Source: Candidatus Zhuqueibacterota bacterium (GTDB taxonomy: Bacteria; Zhuqueibacterota; Zhuqueibacteria; Thermofontimicrobiales; Thermofontimicrobiaceae). Taken from it: a stretch of DNA of 64,000 nucleotides. The position numbers and the translations under genes were made by a program. Location of the stretch: positions 389,116-453,115 of the forward strand of contig JBMOPW010000007.1 in the NCBI GenBank assembly GCA_049322915.1, written 5' to 3'. Shown here piece after piece: positions 10,533 through 20,827 of this stretch (the first letter of the stretch is position 1; every line of letters begins with the position of its first letter). The notes under the pieces are model-generated. The model made no database searches. It saw nothing but the letters and a program-made list of their open reading frames with translations, and was not told the DNA's origin.

Positions 10533-12047
10533 ATGAATAAAGAAAAATTTACTGAAAGTATCCTTGAATTAATCCGACGAACTTCGGCGTATCTTCCTCC
10601 CGATGTCGAACAGGTCATTGCGTTGAGCCGAAAATTGGAGAAGCCCGGTTCCAAGGCGGATTTTGCGCTGGACCTGGTGATGCAGAATATTGGATTGGCC
10701 AAGCGACGTTCGTTGCCCATCTGTCAGGATACTGGCTTACTGACTTTCTATGTAAAATGCCCGTTGGGATTCAATCAGATAAAATTGCATGAAGCAATTG
10801 AAGAAGCCGTGTTGGTGGCGACGAAAAAAGGTTATCTCCGGCAAAACTCAGTCGATAGTTTGACCGGGAAAAATTCCGGAACGAATCTGGGACCGGGCAG
10901 CCCGGTCATCAAATTTACGCAGAGCGAAGACGATGATCTGGATATTCGCCTGATTCAAAAGGGTGGCGGCTGCGAAAATATGTCGACGCAGTATAAATTG
11001 CCGGCTGAATTTCAGGGGAAAAAATTTGGACGCGACCTGGAGGGGGTGAGAGCGTGCATTCTGGACGCTGTGTACCAGGCCCAGGGCAAGGGCTGCAGCC
11101 CGGGATTTTTGGGCGTGTGCATTGGCGGCGATCGGGCGAGTGGCTACGACTGGGCGAAACATCAACTGCTGCGAACCATCGACGACGTCAATCCCATGCC
11201 GGAGCTGGCTGAGCTGGAAAGTCGCATCATGAAAGAAGCCAATGATCTGCAAGTGGGCCCCATGGGATTTGGCGGAAAACTAACCATTGGCTGCTGCAAA
11301 ATCGGGCTGCGGAATCGCCTCCCGGCATCGTTTTTTGTCTCCATTGCCTACATGTGCTGGGCCTATCGCCGGCGCGGATTTATTCTGGATCAGAACGGTG
11401 ATGTCAGGGAATGGCTCTACCAGACCGAAGGCGAATTTGACAAACCAGTCGACTTCCCTGAGACATTCGAGATTCCCAAAGCGACCGTGAAAGTCCTGAA
11501 CACGCCGGCCAGTGAAGCGGATATCCGCGCGCTGAAGGTTGGGGATATTGTGATTATCAACGGTACGATGTTCACCGGGCGGGATGCGGTTCATAAATAT
11601 CTGCACGAAGGCGGTGAACTGGATGTCATTAAAAACGGGATTATCTATCACTGCGGGCCGGTCATTTTGAAGGAGCAGGGCGAATACAAGACTATGGCTG
11701 CTGGCCCGACGACCTCAATCCGGGAGGAGCCCTATCAGGGCGATATCATTCAAAAATTTGGCGTCAAAGCAGTCATCGGGAAAGGCGGCATGGGCGCGAA
11801 AACATTAGCTGCCTGCGAGAAGCATGGCGCAGTGTATTTACATGCCATCGGCGGAGCGGCCCAGATCTATGCCCAGTGCGTCAAGAAAATTCCCCATGTG
11901 TATCTGGAACAATTTGGCAGTCCCGAAGCGGTGTGGGAATTCCAGGTGGAAGGCTTTCCGGCTGTCGTCACAATGGATTCGCACGGAAATTCGTTGCACA
12001 AAGACATCGACCAGGTATCCCTCGCCAGGTTGAAAGAAAAACTGTAA
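10533..12047 (+). CDS. Class I Fe-S fumarate hydratase (fused alpha/beta)
   Basis: PICQDTG, KGGGCEN, GRDAVH, GPTTSIRE, GKGGMG; RBS aggagg. Confidence 0.9.
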   Translation: MNKEKFTESILELIRRTSAYLPPDVEQVIALSRKLEKPGSKADFALDLVMQNIGLAKRRSLPICQDTGLLTFYVKCPLGFNQIKLHEAIEEAVLVATKKGYLRQNSVDSLTGKNSGTNLGPGSPVIKFTQSEDDDLDIRLIQKGGGCENMSTQYKLPAEFQGKKFGRDLEGVRACILDAVYQAQGKGCSPGFLGVCIGGDRASGYDWAKHQLLRTIDDVNPMPELAELESRIMKEANDLQVGPMGFGGKLTIGCCKIGLRNRLPASFFVSIAYMCWAYRRRGFILDQNGDVREWLYQTEGEFDKPVDFPETFEIPKATVKVLNTPASEADIRALKVGDIVIINGTMFTGRDAVHKYLHEGGELDVIKNGIIYHCGPVILKEQGEYKTMAAGPTTSIREEPYQGDIIQKFGVKAVIGKGGMGAKTLAACEKHGAVYLHAIGGAAQIYAQCVKKIPHVYLEQFGSPEAVWEFQVEGFPAVVTMDSHGNSLHKDIDQVSLARLKEKL

Positions 12048-12866
12048 TTATTCAGGTGACCATGCTGACGCATGGCGCTGGTTTAAAATTGTACCAACTC
12101 CACGATTTACCGTGGTGTTCAAAAATCAACCGGCCAGCTAACCAGCTGCTTCAGCGGCTTGTGGAATACGTGTGCTGGGAAGTTATAAAAAATCTATATC
12201 ACATTTTAATACACCTGTCGCGCCGGATATGTATCCAGCGCAGGCAACGGCCGGGACGTTCGGGATGAATATCCCAAACGATCAGTTGGCATCTTCGTGA
12301 CATGGCGGTTTTGTAGCAAGAACACATGCCTGAATAGTAACGAAAAATTATAACACCCGGACTGACGGAGTGAGCGGTGCAATTCAGGCGCAGCTCACCG
12401 TCGGGACGATGGATGCCGATTCAATTCACGCTGTCCGCACGATCTTTCGACGAGGATTGCCGAAGGAGGAGTCAGTCCCTCTTTGCGGCTGTCCCTGGAA
12501 AGTAGCAGAATAGTCGTGGGCAGATGTTCATTGCAAGAACTGACCAGGTTGGATGACGCAATACATCCAACCTGTAAATTATCTCAAGAACGACACCTGG
12601 AAATAAGAGGAGGAGAGCCTAAGCCACGTCATTTGATTGATACCTGAAATTGAAAATTGGGTTCAGCGACACATTGCTCCGGATAGATTTTGTCGATTGA
12701 TGGCGTCAATGTGTTCCGGGCGTGTGAGTGACTTGCATCAGTTCGGTTCGCTCCAAAGAAAGGGTCAGTTGGAGTGGAACGCAGCGAGTCGATTTACCCG
12801 CTCTGGTGAATTGAGCCCAGATTTCAGAAATTCAGGTAAAAGGAAATATCCATTCGGAGGGAAAGT

Positions 12867-13331
12867 ATGGTACAGATTGGGGATATCGCGCCTGATTTTT
12901 CATTGCCCAATCAGAACAACGCGATCATCCGTTTGTCTGACTTCTCAGGAAAAAAGGTTGTTATCTATTTCTATCTCAATGATGATACTCCAGGATGCAC
13001 TAAAGAAGCTTGTTCGTTCCGAGATCGATATCATGACTTTCAAAAAAAGGAGACTGAGATTCTTGGCATCAGTTGCGATTTGCCGAATTCTCACAGATCG
13101 TTCATTGAAAAATACAATCTGCCATTTCAACTTTTAAGCGACAGCGATACGCGGATTGCCACCCGTTGGGGGGTATATGGTGAAAAGAACGTTTACGGCC
13201 GCAAATTTATGGGCATTCACCGAACGACATTTATCCTCGACAGGCAGGGCAGGGTGGCTCACATCTTCACCAAGGTCTCGCCGTCCACCCATGCGCGCGA
13301 AGTTTTAGAGAAACTGGATTCGATTCAATAG
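12867..13331 (+). CDS. bcp: Peroxiredoxin BCP/PrxQ
   Basis: APDFSL, TPGCTKEAC, RTTFILD; RBS ggagg. Confidence 0.9.
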   Translation: MVQIGDIAPDFSLPNQNNAIIRLSDFSGKKVVIYFYLNDDTPGCTKEACSFRDRYHDFQKKETEILGISCDLPNSHRSFIEKYNLPFQLLSDSDTRIATRWGVYGEKNVYGRKFMGIHRTTFILDRQGRVAHIFTKVSPSTHAREVLEKLDSIQ

Positions 13332-13450
13332 AGAAAACGATCCGGGTTCTTTTGCGGAGTGACGGGCCGGTAGTATTCTGGTTCCGATTCATGGGCCATT
13401 GCATTGCGTAAATTTTCTCATTAGAAAACACGAGTGGAGGTTTTTTCACC

Positions 13451-14128
13451 ATGGATATTAAAATTATGGTCATTGAAGACGATCCCGATATTAGTGAAAT
13501 TCTGGAATACAATCTCCAGCAGGAGGGCTATGATGTAATTGTCTGCAATGACGGCGAAAAGGCGCTCGAACAGATTCAGAAAAATCCGCCGACAATGATT
13601 CTGCTGGATTTGATGCTCCCCGGCAAAAACGGTCTGGAGATTGCCCGCGCAGTGCGCAAGGACGATCGAACGACCAATCTGCCGATCATCATGATTACAG
13701 CCCGCTCCGAAGAGATGGACGTGTTGCAGGGTTTGGAACTGGGCGCCGACGATTATATCACCAAGCCATTCCGTCCCAAAGAAGTCATTGCGCGCGTGAA
13801 AGCGCTACTGCGACGCCATCATCGCGATGAAGATAAAATCTACCAGTTGGGCAAGCTGACCGTCAATTTTTCCAAACACCAGGTGTCGGCTGGCGACAAA
13901 GTGCTGGACTTAACGCCCAAGGAATTCCTGCTGTTGAAAGCGTTGATCCAGGCCAATGGCCGCGTCCTTTCGAGGGACCAGTTGCTGGATCAGGTGTGGG
14001 GATATGATTATTACGGGGACCCGCGCACCGTGGATGTGCATATTCGCCGGCTGCGGAAGAAGCTGGATTTTTGGGCCAATGTGGTCGAGACGGTGAAGGG
14101 ATTCGGCTATCGCATCAAACTGGCATGA
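13451..14128 (+). CDS. phoB: OmpR/PhoB-family response regulator
   Basis: REC ([16 protein letters not shown]) plus winged helix ([14 protein letters not shown]); adjacent phoR and pst genes. Confidence 0.8.
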   Translation: MDIKIMVIEDDPDISEILEYNLQQEGYDVIVCNDGEKALEQIQKNPPTMILLDLMLPGKNGLEIARAVRKDDRTTNLPIIMITARSEEMDVLQGLELGADDYITKPFRPKEVIARVKALLRRHHRDEDKIYQLGKLTVNFSKHQVSAGDKVLDLTPKEFLLLKALIQANGRVLSRDQLLDQVWGYDYYGDPRTVDVHIRRLRKKLDFWANVVETVKGFGYRIKLA

Positions 14129-14423
14129 CCCGGTTTCATCGAAACAATGGGGATGCGTCTGCCTCTGGCGGTCAGTTGGGGCGCTTCCTTCGGCATGTGC
14201 GAACCTGCTTTAAAAGCAGTCGTCTGATAAACCTGGTCATTGCGACTCCCAAAACCGATTAGATCCGCGAAGTAACCACCGCTGCGACTTTTCCTGTCAA
14301 TTAAATGCAATGTAGCTGAGCCGACCACTGTCCTGAGGCATGCTGAAAATGCCACCTGACAAACTCTCACTTCAGAATTGATTCGTGAAATACCGTTCAT
14401 TACGCTCTGGAAAAAACAAAGCT

Positions 14424-16211
14424 ATGTTCAAAAAGTATCGATTGAATTTCGTCTACGTTGTGCTCATTGTCTCGACAATCGCCTTTGTCATTTTTGATAT
14501 TACGCTGTACGTGAGCCTGAAGGAATATCTGTACCTGCAGACGTTCAATGAAATGCGGATGAAAACCAGCCTGGCAGTTAAATTGCTGGAACAGAAACGG
14601 ATCAATCTGCAACCATCCAATATTCATGAATTGAAGGATTTAGCCTCACAGTTAGAACATATCGCCAATTCCAGAGTGACCATTATCGATTCCACCGGTC
14701 GCGTGCTCATTGATTCCGACGTTCCTGATGAACACGTGCCGCTCATGGACAATCATATCAAGCGTCCGGAAGTGCAGGACGCCATTAATTCCGGCTGGGG
14801 CCAGAGTTACCGGGACAGCGACACCATCCGGCGCAAATTATTTTACACCGCATTCACCATTCGTAATGAAGGCCGAATCATCGGATTTCTTCGGTTGGCT
14901 TACTATGCCCAGAAATTCGAAGAGTCGCTCAATAAAATCATCGTCCTGATGATCGCGGCAAACGTTTTTGGATTGGTCACGCTGTTTGTGGGAGCATTCT
15001 ATCTGGGCACGCTGGTGACATTGCCCATTCTGAAAATTGTTCGGACTGCAAAAACCATTGCGGCAGGGGATTTGAATCGGTCATTTCCCACCCATCGAAA
15101 GGACGAGATCGGCACGCTGGCCGAGATTTTGAATGAACTCACCGAGCGGTTGAAAAGCCAGATCATTCAGGTTTCCAATGAGCGCTCCAAATTGCAGGAC
15201 ATTTTGATCAACCTGGATATTGGCATCATTGTCATCGATCTGGACAAAAACATCCTCAATGTGAACTCCGAAGTCTATCGGATATTGGGAATGAATAGCT
15301 ATGAAATTGAACATCGAAATCTGATTGAAATACTCCAGGCAGAACCGTTATTGACCGCCATCGAAAAATCCCTGGACGAAGGGAGCAAAGAGAGCGGCGA
15401 GTTCACCTGTTCCAGGCAGGAGCGGAAGATATTCATCAGTTATGTCATCACACCGTTTTTCATTTCTGAAGAGAAAATGAACGGCGCATTGATTCAGTTG
15501 CAGGACATCACTGAACTGAAAACGCTGGAGGCCATTCGCCGGGATTTCGTTGCCAATGCGTCTCATGAGCTGAAAACGCCGCTGACAGCGATCATTGGCT
15601 ATGCCGAAACATTGCATGGCGGGGCCGGAGAAGACCATGTCGCCCGTACAAAATTCATCTGGAAAATTCTGGAGCAATCCCAGCGGCTGGAGTTCCTCGT
15701 CCAGGACCTGCTCCTGCTTTCGAAAATGGAACGCGAAGAACCGTTGCAACTGATGCCCTGTCCGCTTCAGCCCATGATTCGCGAAATCGTCGATGAGTTC
15801 AGAGAGAAATCCAGCCTGAAGAATATCAACATCTCGGTGGTCGGCCGGCAGAAGGTGATTCTCCAGGTTAATGAAGAGAGCATCCGCGTCGTGTTCAACA
15901 ATCTGCTGGATAATGCGATCAAATACACGCCGGAAAATGGCTCCATCACGGTGCGGATTTCGGAATTGGAGAACAGCAAAGTGAGGATCGAATTCATCGA
16001 TACCGGAATCGGGATTGAGCCCAAGTATCACGACCGCATTTTCCAGCGATTCTACCGTGTGGATAAAGCGCGGTCGCGCGCCATCGGAGGCACCGGTCTG
16101 GGCCTGGCGATTGTGAAACACATCATCGAACGCCACGGCAGCAAAATTCACATTCAGAGCCAGGAAGGCAAGGGCAGTAATTTTTGGTTCGAATTGAATA
16201 AAGCGGAATGA
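14424..16211 (+). CDS. phoR: PhoR-like sensor histidine kinase (Cache, HAMP, PAS, HisKA, HATPase)
   Basis: MDNHIKRPEV, DFVANASHELKTPLT, NLLDNAIKY, FYRVDKARSR, GGTGLGLAIVKH. Confidence 0.85.
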   Translation: MFKKYRLNFVYVVLIVSTIAFVIFDITLYVSLKEYLYLQTFNEMRMKTSLAVKLLEQKRINLQPSNIHELKDLASQLEHIANSRVTIIDSTGRVLIDSDVPDEHVPLMDNHIKRPEVQDAINSGWGQSYRDSDTIRRKLFYTAFTIRNEGRIIGFLRLAYYAQKFEESLNKIIVLMIAANVFGLVTLFVGAFYLGTLVTLPILKIVRTAKTIAAGDLNRSFPTHRKDEIGTLAEILNELTERLKSQIIQVSNERSKLQDILINLDIGIIVIDLDKNILNVNSEVYRILGMNSYEIEHRNLIEILQAEPLLTAIEKSLDEGSKESGEFTCSRQERKIFISYVITPFFISEEKMNGALIQLQDITELKTLEAIRRDFVANASHELKTPLTAIIGYAETLHGGAGEDHVARTKFIWKILEQSQRLEFLVQDLLLLSKMEREEPLQLMPCPLQPMIREIVDEFREKSSLKNINISVVGRQKVILQVNEESIRVVFNNLLDNAIKYTPENGSITVRISELENSKVRIEFIDTGIGIEPKYHDRIFQRFYRVDKARSRAIGGTGLGLAIVKHIIERHGSKIHIQSQEGKGSNFWFELNKAE

Positions 16212-16286
16212 GGGAATATCGCCGCCCGGATTGACACGATCGTCCCTCTGATTTTCTGACTTCACACGGTCCTGTTGCGGTAAGCC

Positions 16287-16943
16287 TCACGTCCTCAGAA
16301 GCCGTTTCACGGATCGCAGCAAAATAGTAACGCCGATCAATAGCCCGATGATGAGCATCTCCCAGCGGTAGCTGATGGGCACTCCGGCGGAGACGATTGT
16401 GGAGTAGTCCAGAATGAACGAAATAAAGATGATGATCGGCGCGAGAATGAGGCCAATCATTTCCCACCGGGTCAAGCTGAATCGCCGGCCGTTTTTTTCA
16501 ACATAAAGAACGAGCATCGCGCCGGTTATCAATGCAATCGACACGAGAACGGGCGCGAGCACCGGACTTGCCCACGGTACCGGGATGAGAAACAGCAAAT
16601 CCCACGTGAACAACGATTCCGGCCAATTCAGGAAAATTTTCAACCAGATATAATACCAGATATCCCAGACGCCAAAGCCGAACATGAAATACGCCATCCG
16701 AATCCAGCGGCCGGTCCCGGCCAGAAAGGCGATGGCCAGAAGCATGAATAGTGTTGCCGCTTCCCGACCCACTTCAACCAGAGCGATTTGCTTCGGAATG
16801 AGGATGATGGGGAATCGGAATCCCTCCGGATAATAAAGCTCCCTCAGATAAACCACGACCGCAGATTCCAGATACGCCATCCAGATGCAAAAGAAGAAGA
16901 CAAGTGAAAGTCGCATGAGTTCGATTTTGAATTCTTTTTTCAT
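16287..16943 (-). CDS. Conserved hypothetical integral membrane protein
   Basis: Several TM segments; LESAVVVYLR, E.GREAAT, WDLLFLIPVPW..PV. Confidence 0.7.
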   Translation of the reverse strand: MKKEFKIELMRLSLVFFFCIWMAYLESAVVVYLRELYYPEGFRFPIILIPKQIALVEVGREAATLFMLLAIAFLAGTGRWIRMAYFMFGFGVWDIWYYIWLKIFLNWPESLFTWDLLFLIPVPWASPVLAPVLVSIALITGAMLVLYVEKNGRRFSLTRWEMIGLILAPIIIFISFILDYSTIVSAGVPISYRWEMLIIGLLIGVTILLRSVKRLLRT

Positions 16944-17023
16944 ACTCGTTCATTGGATTGTTCGGATGATATTGAGATTGGAATGATGCTCCTTTAGCCC
17001 TGTTTTCGTGGAGACTGTTTCAG

Positions 17024-17848
17024 TCACCACAGCGGAATATATCCCACGTCCCGGATAGCTGCCTGTCCCTCTTTCAGCGTGTAATTGATGAACTGTTTTA
17101 CAATGCCGCGCGGCGAATCAATGGTATAAAGGTACAGATAGCGCGTGATGGGGTAGGTATCATTTCTCACATTTTCCTCAGTGGGTTCCACGTTGTTTAT
17201 CCTGCAGTGGACGACCTCTTTGCCGTAGGCGAGACCGCCATATCCGATTGCTTCTTCATTTTCCTGCACAGCTTTGACAATGGCCGAAGTGGATGTGAGG
17301 ATCTGAGCGAATTGGCTGTAGGGTTCGCCTTCGAGAATATGCTCGCGAAAATAGATGTAAGTGCCGGAATTCGGCGATCGTATGAGCACCAGAATTGGAC
17401 TCATTTTCCCGCCGATCTGACTCCAGTTGGTTATCTCGCCCCTGTAAATTTTCGCCAATTGCTCGATGGTCAAATTTTTGACCGGATTCTCCGGGTGAAC
17501 ATAGATGCTCAGCGCGTCTTTGGCGACGAGAAAATTCATCCCGATTTTATTGTATCGCTCAGCCAGCAGCCGCGCTTCATCGGCCAGCACCGGCCGGGAA
17601 GCGGTGCAGATATCGGTCTTGCCCTGAATGAGCGCTTCAAATCCTTTGTGCGAACCACCGCCTTCCACATAGACCGATGTGTTGGGGGAAATTTTCATGT
17701 ATTCTTCAGCCCATCGCGAGGCCAATATGAGCATGGTATCCGAGCCCATGATGTGAATGGTGTCGTGTCGCGCGCGAATGATATGACTGCAATCCGAAAC
17801 GATGATCAATAGCAAAATCAGAATTAGTATTTTTCTCATGACAACCAT
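17024..17848 (-). CDS. pstS: PstS-family phosphate-binding protein
   Basis: GSDTM, GGGS..G, ASR, R..NSGTY.YFRE, YPITRYLYLY. Confidence 0.85.
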   Translation of the reverse strand: MVVMRKILILILLLIIVSDCSHIIRARHDTIHIMGSDTMLILASRWAEEYMKISPNTSVYVEGGGSHKGFEALIQGKTDICTASRPVLADEARLLAERYNKIGMNFLVAKDALSIYVHPENPVKNLTIEQLAKIYRGEITNWSQIGGKMSPILVLIRSPNSGTYIYFREHILEGEPYSQFAQILTSTSAIVKAVQENEEAIGYGGLAYGKEVVHCRINNVEPTEENVRNDTYPITRYLYLYTIDSPRGIVKQFINYTLKEGQAAIRDVGYIPLW

Positions 17849-17871
17849 CCGAGCAATGTTCCTGTACAGAG

Positions 17872-19566
17872 CTACCGTTTTTCAGCAATGGAACGAAGCC
17901 TGGCCATGATGTAGGGCGTGCCGCTGTTCCATTGCGGCGGCAGCGTCTCACTGGCAAGGGCGTGGCAAAATGAATAAAGAAAACGACAATGGTGCTGGGC
18001 CGCTTCGAAATTGATGTATTGATCCAGATCGTCACCGGGGGTGTGGTAATATGTCTCAGACCAGTGCATGATGCGCTCCAGCGCCTGCTGCGGCGTTGAA
18101 TTTTCGAAATGCAATCCTTCGGCGATCAGAATGGATGGAATTCCGGCCTTAGCAAATGCGATCTGGTCGGAACGGGCGAACGATTCCATGGCTAAAAATT
18201 GAGAGGGCAGCGGCGAAACCTTCAGTCCCCGGGACGCAGCCACGCGGTTCAGCATGTCGCCCAGCGTCGAGAACTCCTGTCCGACGCCCACCACGTCCTC
18301 GAATTTCTCGAACATGGACAATCCGTCGATATTCACGTTGGCGATGGTCTTGTACAGCGGCGCAATGGGATGATCGATGTAATAATTCGATCCGAGCAGG
18401 CCTTTCTCTTCGCCGGTCGTGAACAGGAAAATGATGTTGTGCAATGGCTTTTCCGGCAGCAGCGAAAAGACCCGCGCAAGTTCCAGCAACGCGCTCACGC
18501 CAATGGCATTGTCGCCAACGCCGTTATAAATGGAGTCGCCCTTCACCGGCTCGCCAATTCCCAGGTGATCATAATGGGCCGAAAGGATCAGGTACGAATC
18601 GTTCGGCCGTTTCATGCGGCCTTCCAGAAATCCGACGACATTCCTGTCGAAAAACTCCCGCTCGGTGAATTCCCCTTTGAATGACAGGCTCACCTCCAAT
18701 GGAAAACTGAGCATGGAATTGTTCTTCTCCAATTCGCATACCTGTCGCAATGTGAACGGCGCGTTTTGAAAGAGAATCTCGCCGGCGCCTGGATTCAGGG
18801 CAATGCTCAGATTGGCGGTCACGGAATAGGCCAGCGTCACATCCTCGAACGAAAACGCCTGTATCCACTCGCGCCAGGGTTCGTGAACCAATTCCACCGG
18901 TCGGGGAATGAGAATGCTGCCGCTGGCGCCGCGGGAAATGGCAATGCGCTGTTTCGATTCCGGATAGGAATAGATCGTGGGATACGGGCCATCGAAATAA
19001 GTGGAATCCTCCGAAGGCGGCTCGCCGGATAAAAAGACAACAATTTTGCCATCCACGTCCAGCGACTGGTAATCGTTGTAATCGAATTCAGGAGCGATGA
19101 TGCCGTAGCCAACAAAGACGAGCTGCTGCGGCCGGGGGATGTAGGTCTGAGCGCCGGATTTATAGAGCAGGTAGTCGTCTTTCAGCCGGAGATCCACTTC
19201 GCCGGTGTTCGAATGGATTTTCATCTGCGAGGATGGCAGCGGAAAACTGCCATGCATGGGTATCGATTGAAAATAGCTGCGGTTGTCACCCATGGGGATG
19301 AACTGCCAGTGAGCCAATTGTCGGGCGATATATTCGGCAGCCAATCTGCCGCCAGGCGTGCCTGTTCCGCGTCCCTGCAGCGAATCGTTACCCAAAAAAG
19401 CGACATGTTTTTTCAGGCTATCTGCCGATATAGAATTGAGAGCTTGATTCAAGTCAGCAGCTCTGGCGTCCATTCCCTGAACCGTGGGAAGGAGTGTCCA
19501 TAAAACGGCTATCATTCGAAAAACATTCAGCACGTCCGGCTCCGCGTTTTGGATTCTGAGTGACAA
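17872..19566 (-). CDS. M28 family peptidase with PA domain (start uncertain)
   Basis: LQGRGTG, FVGYGI.AP, SAHYDHLG, NGVGDNA.G, GEEKGLLGS, RSDQ, YHTPGDD. Confidence 0.88.
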   Translation of the reverse strand: MSLRIQNAEPDVLNVFRMIAVLWTLLPTVQGMDARAADLNQALNSISADSLKKHVAFLGNDSLQGRGTGTPGGRLAAEYIARQLAHWQFIPMGDNRSYFQSIPMHGSFPLPSSQMKIHSNTGEVDLRLKDDYLLYKSGAQTYIPRPQQLVFVGYGIIAPEFDYNDYQSLDVDGKIVVFLSGEPPSEDSTYFDGPYPTIYSYPESKQRIAISRGASGSILIPRPVELVHEPWREWIQAFSFEDVTLAYSVTANLSIALNPGAGEILFQNAPFTLRQVCELEKNNSMLSFPLEVSLSFKGEFTEREFFDRNVVGFLEGRMKRPNDSYLILSAHYDHLGIGEPVKGDSIYNGVGDNAIGVSALLELARVFSLLPEKPLHNIIFLFTTGEEKGLLGSNYYIDHPIAPLYKTIANVNIDGLSMFEKFEDVVGVGQEFSTLGDMLNRVAASRGLKVSPLPSQFLAMESFARSDQIAFAKAGIPSILIAEGLHFENSTPQQALERIMHWSETYYHTPGDDLDQYINFEAAQHHCRFLYSFCHALASETLPPQWNSGTPYIMARLRSIAEKR

Positions 19567-19690
19567 TTACATGATACTTGATTCTCCTGATAAAATCAAG
19601 TAATTTTTATAGCATAGCGAATTTTGAATCGGTGCTGCTATGTAGCCGGATCTCGCGCCAGACGTCGAATCGTTGGCCAGAACGGATTCT

Positions 19691-19753
19691 GTTAACATGG
19701 ATTTAACATAGATGTCATCTAATTTCTATATGACGTTCATTTTTCCGTAATAT
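19691..19753 (+). promoter_or_regulatory. Six pho-box-like direct repeats with 11-nt period
   Basis: gttaacat 19691, tttaacat 19702, tgtcatct 19713, ttctatat 19724, gttcattt 19735, cgtaatat 19746. Confidence 0.65.
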
Positions 19754-19789
19754 AATCATGCTATCTTTACACAAAAATGAGGAGCAAAC

Positions 19790-20317
19790 ATGTTACGAGC
19801 ACTATCATTGAACTTTTATCAGTTAGACGTTCTGCTGTTCAAACAAATCTATCGTTTACATGGTAAAAGTCTTGTCGATGGAATCTTCTATTACCTCACC
19901 CGGTCCGGTGATGGGTATTATTACGGACTGGTAGCAGTGCTTTTGTTGCTCTATGATTTGAATATTGGGAAGCTGGCCGTGATGATGATGGCAGCGTCTT
20001 TTGCGATGGAAGTTCCGTTGCATGCCATCGCCAAGAAGGCGGTGAAACGCACGCGGCCATTCGAAAAGCTGGGCATTATCAGTCTCATCGCTCCCCCGGA
20101 TAAATACAGTTTCCCGTCCGGCCATACGGCTGCAGCCATTTTGATGGCCAATATTTTAAGCCTCATTTTCCCGGCATCATCGTATTTATTCTTCGGCTGG
20201 GCCATGTCGGTGGGAGTGTCGCGGATTTACCTGGGCGTTCATTATCCCTCGGATATCGCCGCCGGGGCCATGTTGGGTTATGTGACATCTGAGATAGGCA
20301 TTGCTCTGATTATCTGA
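19790..20317 (+). CDS. PAP2 family phosphatase
   Basis: K-x6-RP, SFPSGH, SRIYLGVHYPSD. Confidence 0.92.
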   Translation: MLRALSLNFYQLDVLLFKQIYRLHGKSLVDGIFYYLTRSGDGYYYGLVAVLLLLYDLNIGKLAVMMMAASFAMEVPLHAIAKKAVKRTRPFEKLGIISLIAPPDKYSFPSGHTAAAILMANILSLIFPASSYLFFGWAMSVGVSRIYLGVHYPSDIAAGAMLGYVTSEIGIALII

Positions 20318-20705
20318 TAGAAAAAATTACAAATTGACATATGGTTGTGCTCCTTATGTGGTGAGTCGTGGAAGCATCCCAAATATAAATTTTGGGATGC
20401 TTTTTTTTAACCGGAAGCGGTTGATTCTATGCAAGGCCCGATTTACCGGCCTTGGTATTATTCATTTCCTCTTAACACGCGCGTCATACGGCTGTAATTT
20501 CCTTTCGCTATTTTATCGGGTGAAAATTCAGAACGGCATTCCGGCTGCGACCTGCCGGAGTGCTGATTTCTGCGTGGCGGCATTGGCAAAAGCGCCGGTC
20601 ATGTGAACGCTGCACAGGCAGACAACTCGGCTGAAGACGCGGCGCGCGTGGGCTTTGGCAGGCAGGCATATTCGCAGCATCGTGAGGGGGGAGTTTTCAT
20701 TCAAA

Positions 20706-20735
20706 GATAATATACCCGTAACATTACTGTAACAT
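20706..20735 (+). promoter_or_regulatory. Pho-box-like repeats upstream of TonB-dependent receptor
   Basis: gataatat 20706, cgtaacat 20717, tgtaacat 20728 (11-nt period). Confidence 0.65.
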
Positions 20736-20827
20736 GCCAATCCGATATTTAGCTGTCAAAATTGCATCCGAGCAAGCTTGATCATAGAATAAGAGGGCAA
20801 CACAAAAACAAAAAGAGGTAAAGAGCA

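Noticed and set aside
12054..12838. Assignment to tmRNA, RNase P, SRP, OLE or a known riboswitch
   Set aside because: Diagnostic conserved sequences not found by eye; kept only as unassigned structured RNA
12960..13015. BCP motif YFYLND instead of YFYPKD as inactivation
   Set aside because: Peroxidatic and resolving Cys, Thr and Arg remain; effect cannot be judged
15348..16265. Long antisense ORFs such as 15348-16265, 40204-41418, 28831-29640, 35376-36140
   Set aside because: Shadows of well-supported genes on the opposite strand with no recognisable motifs
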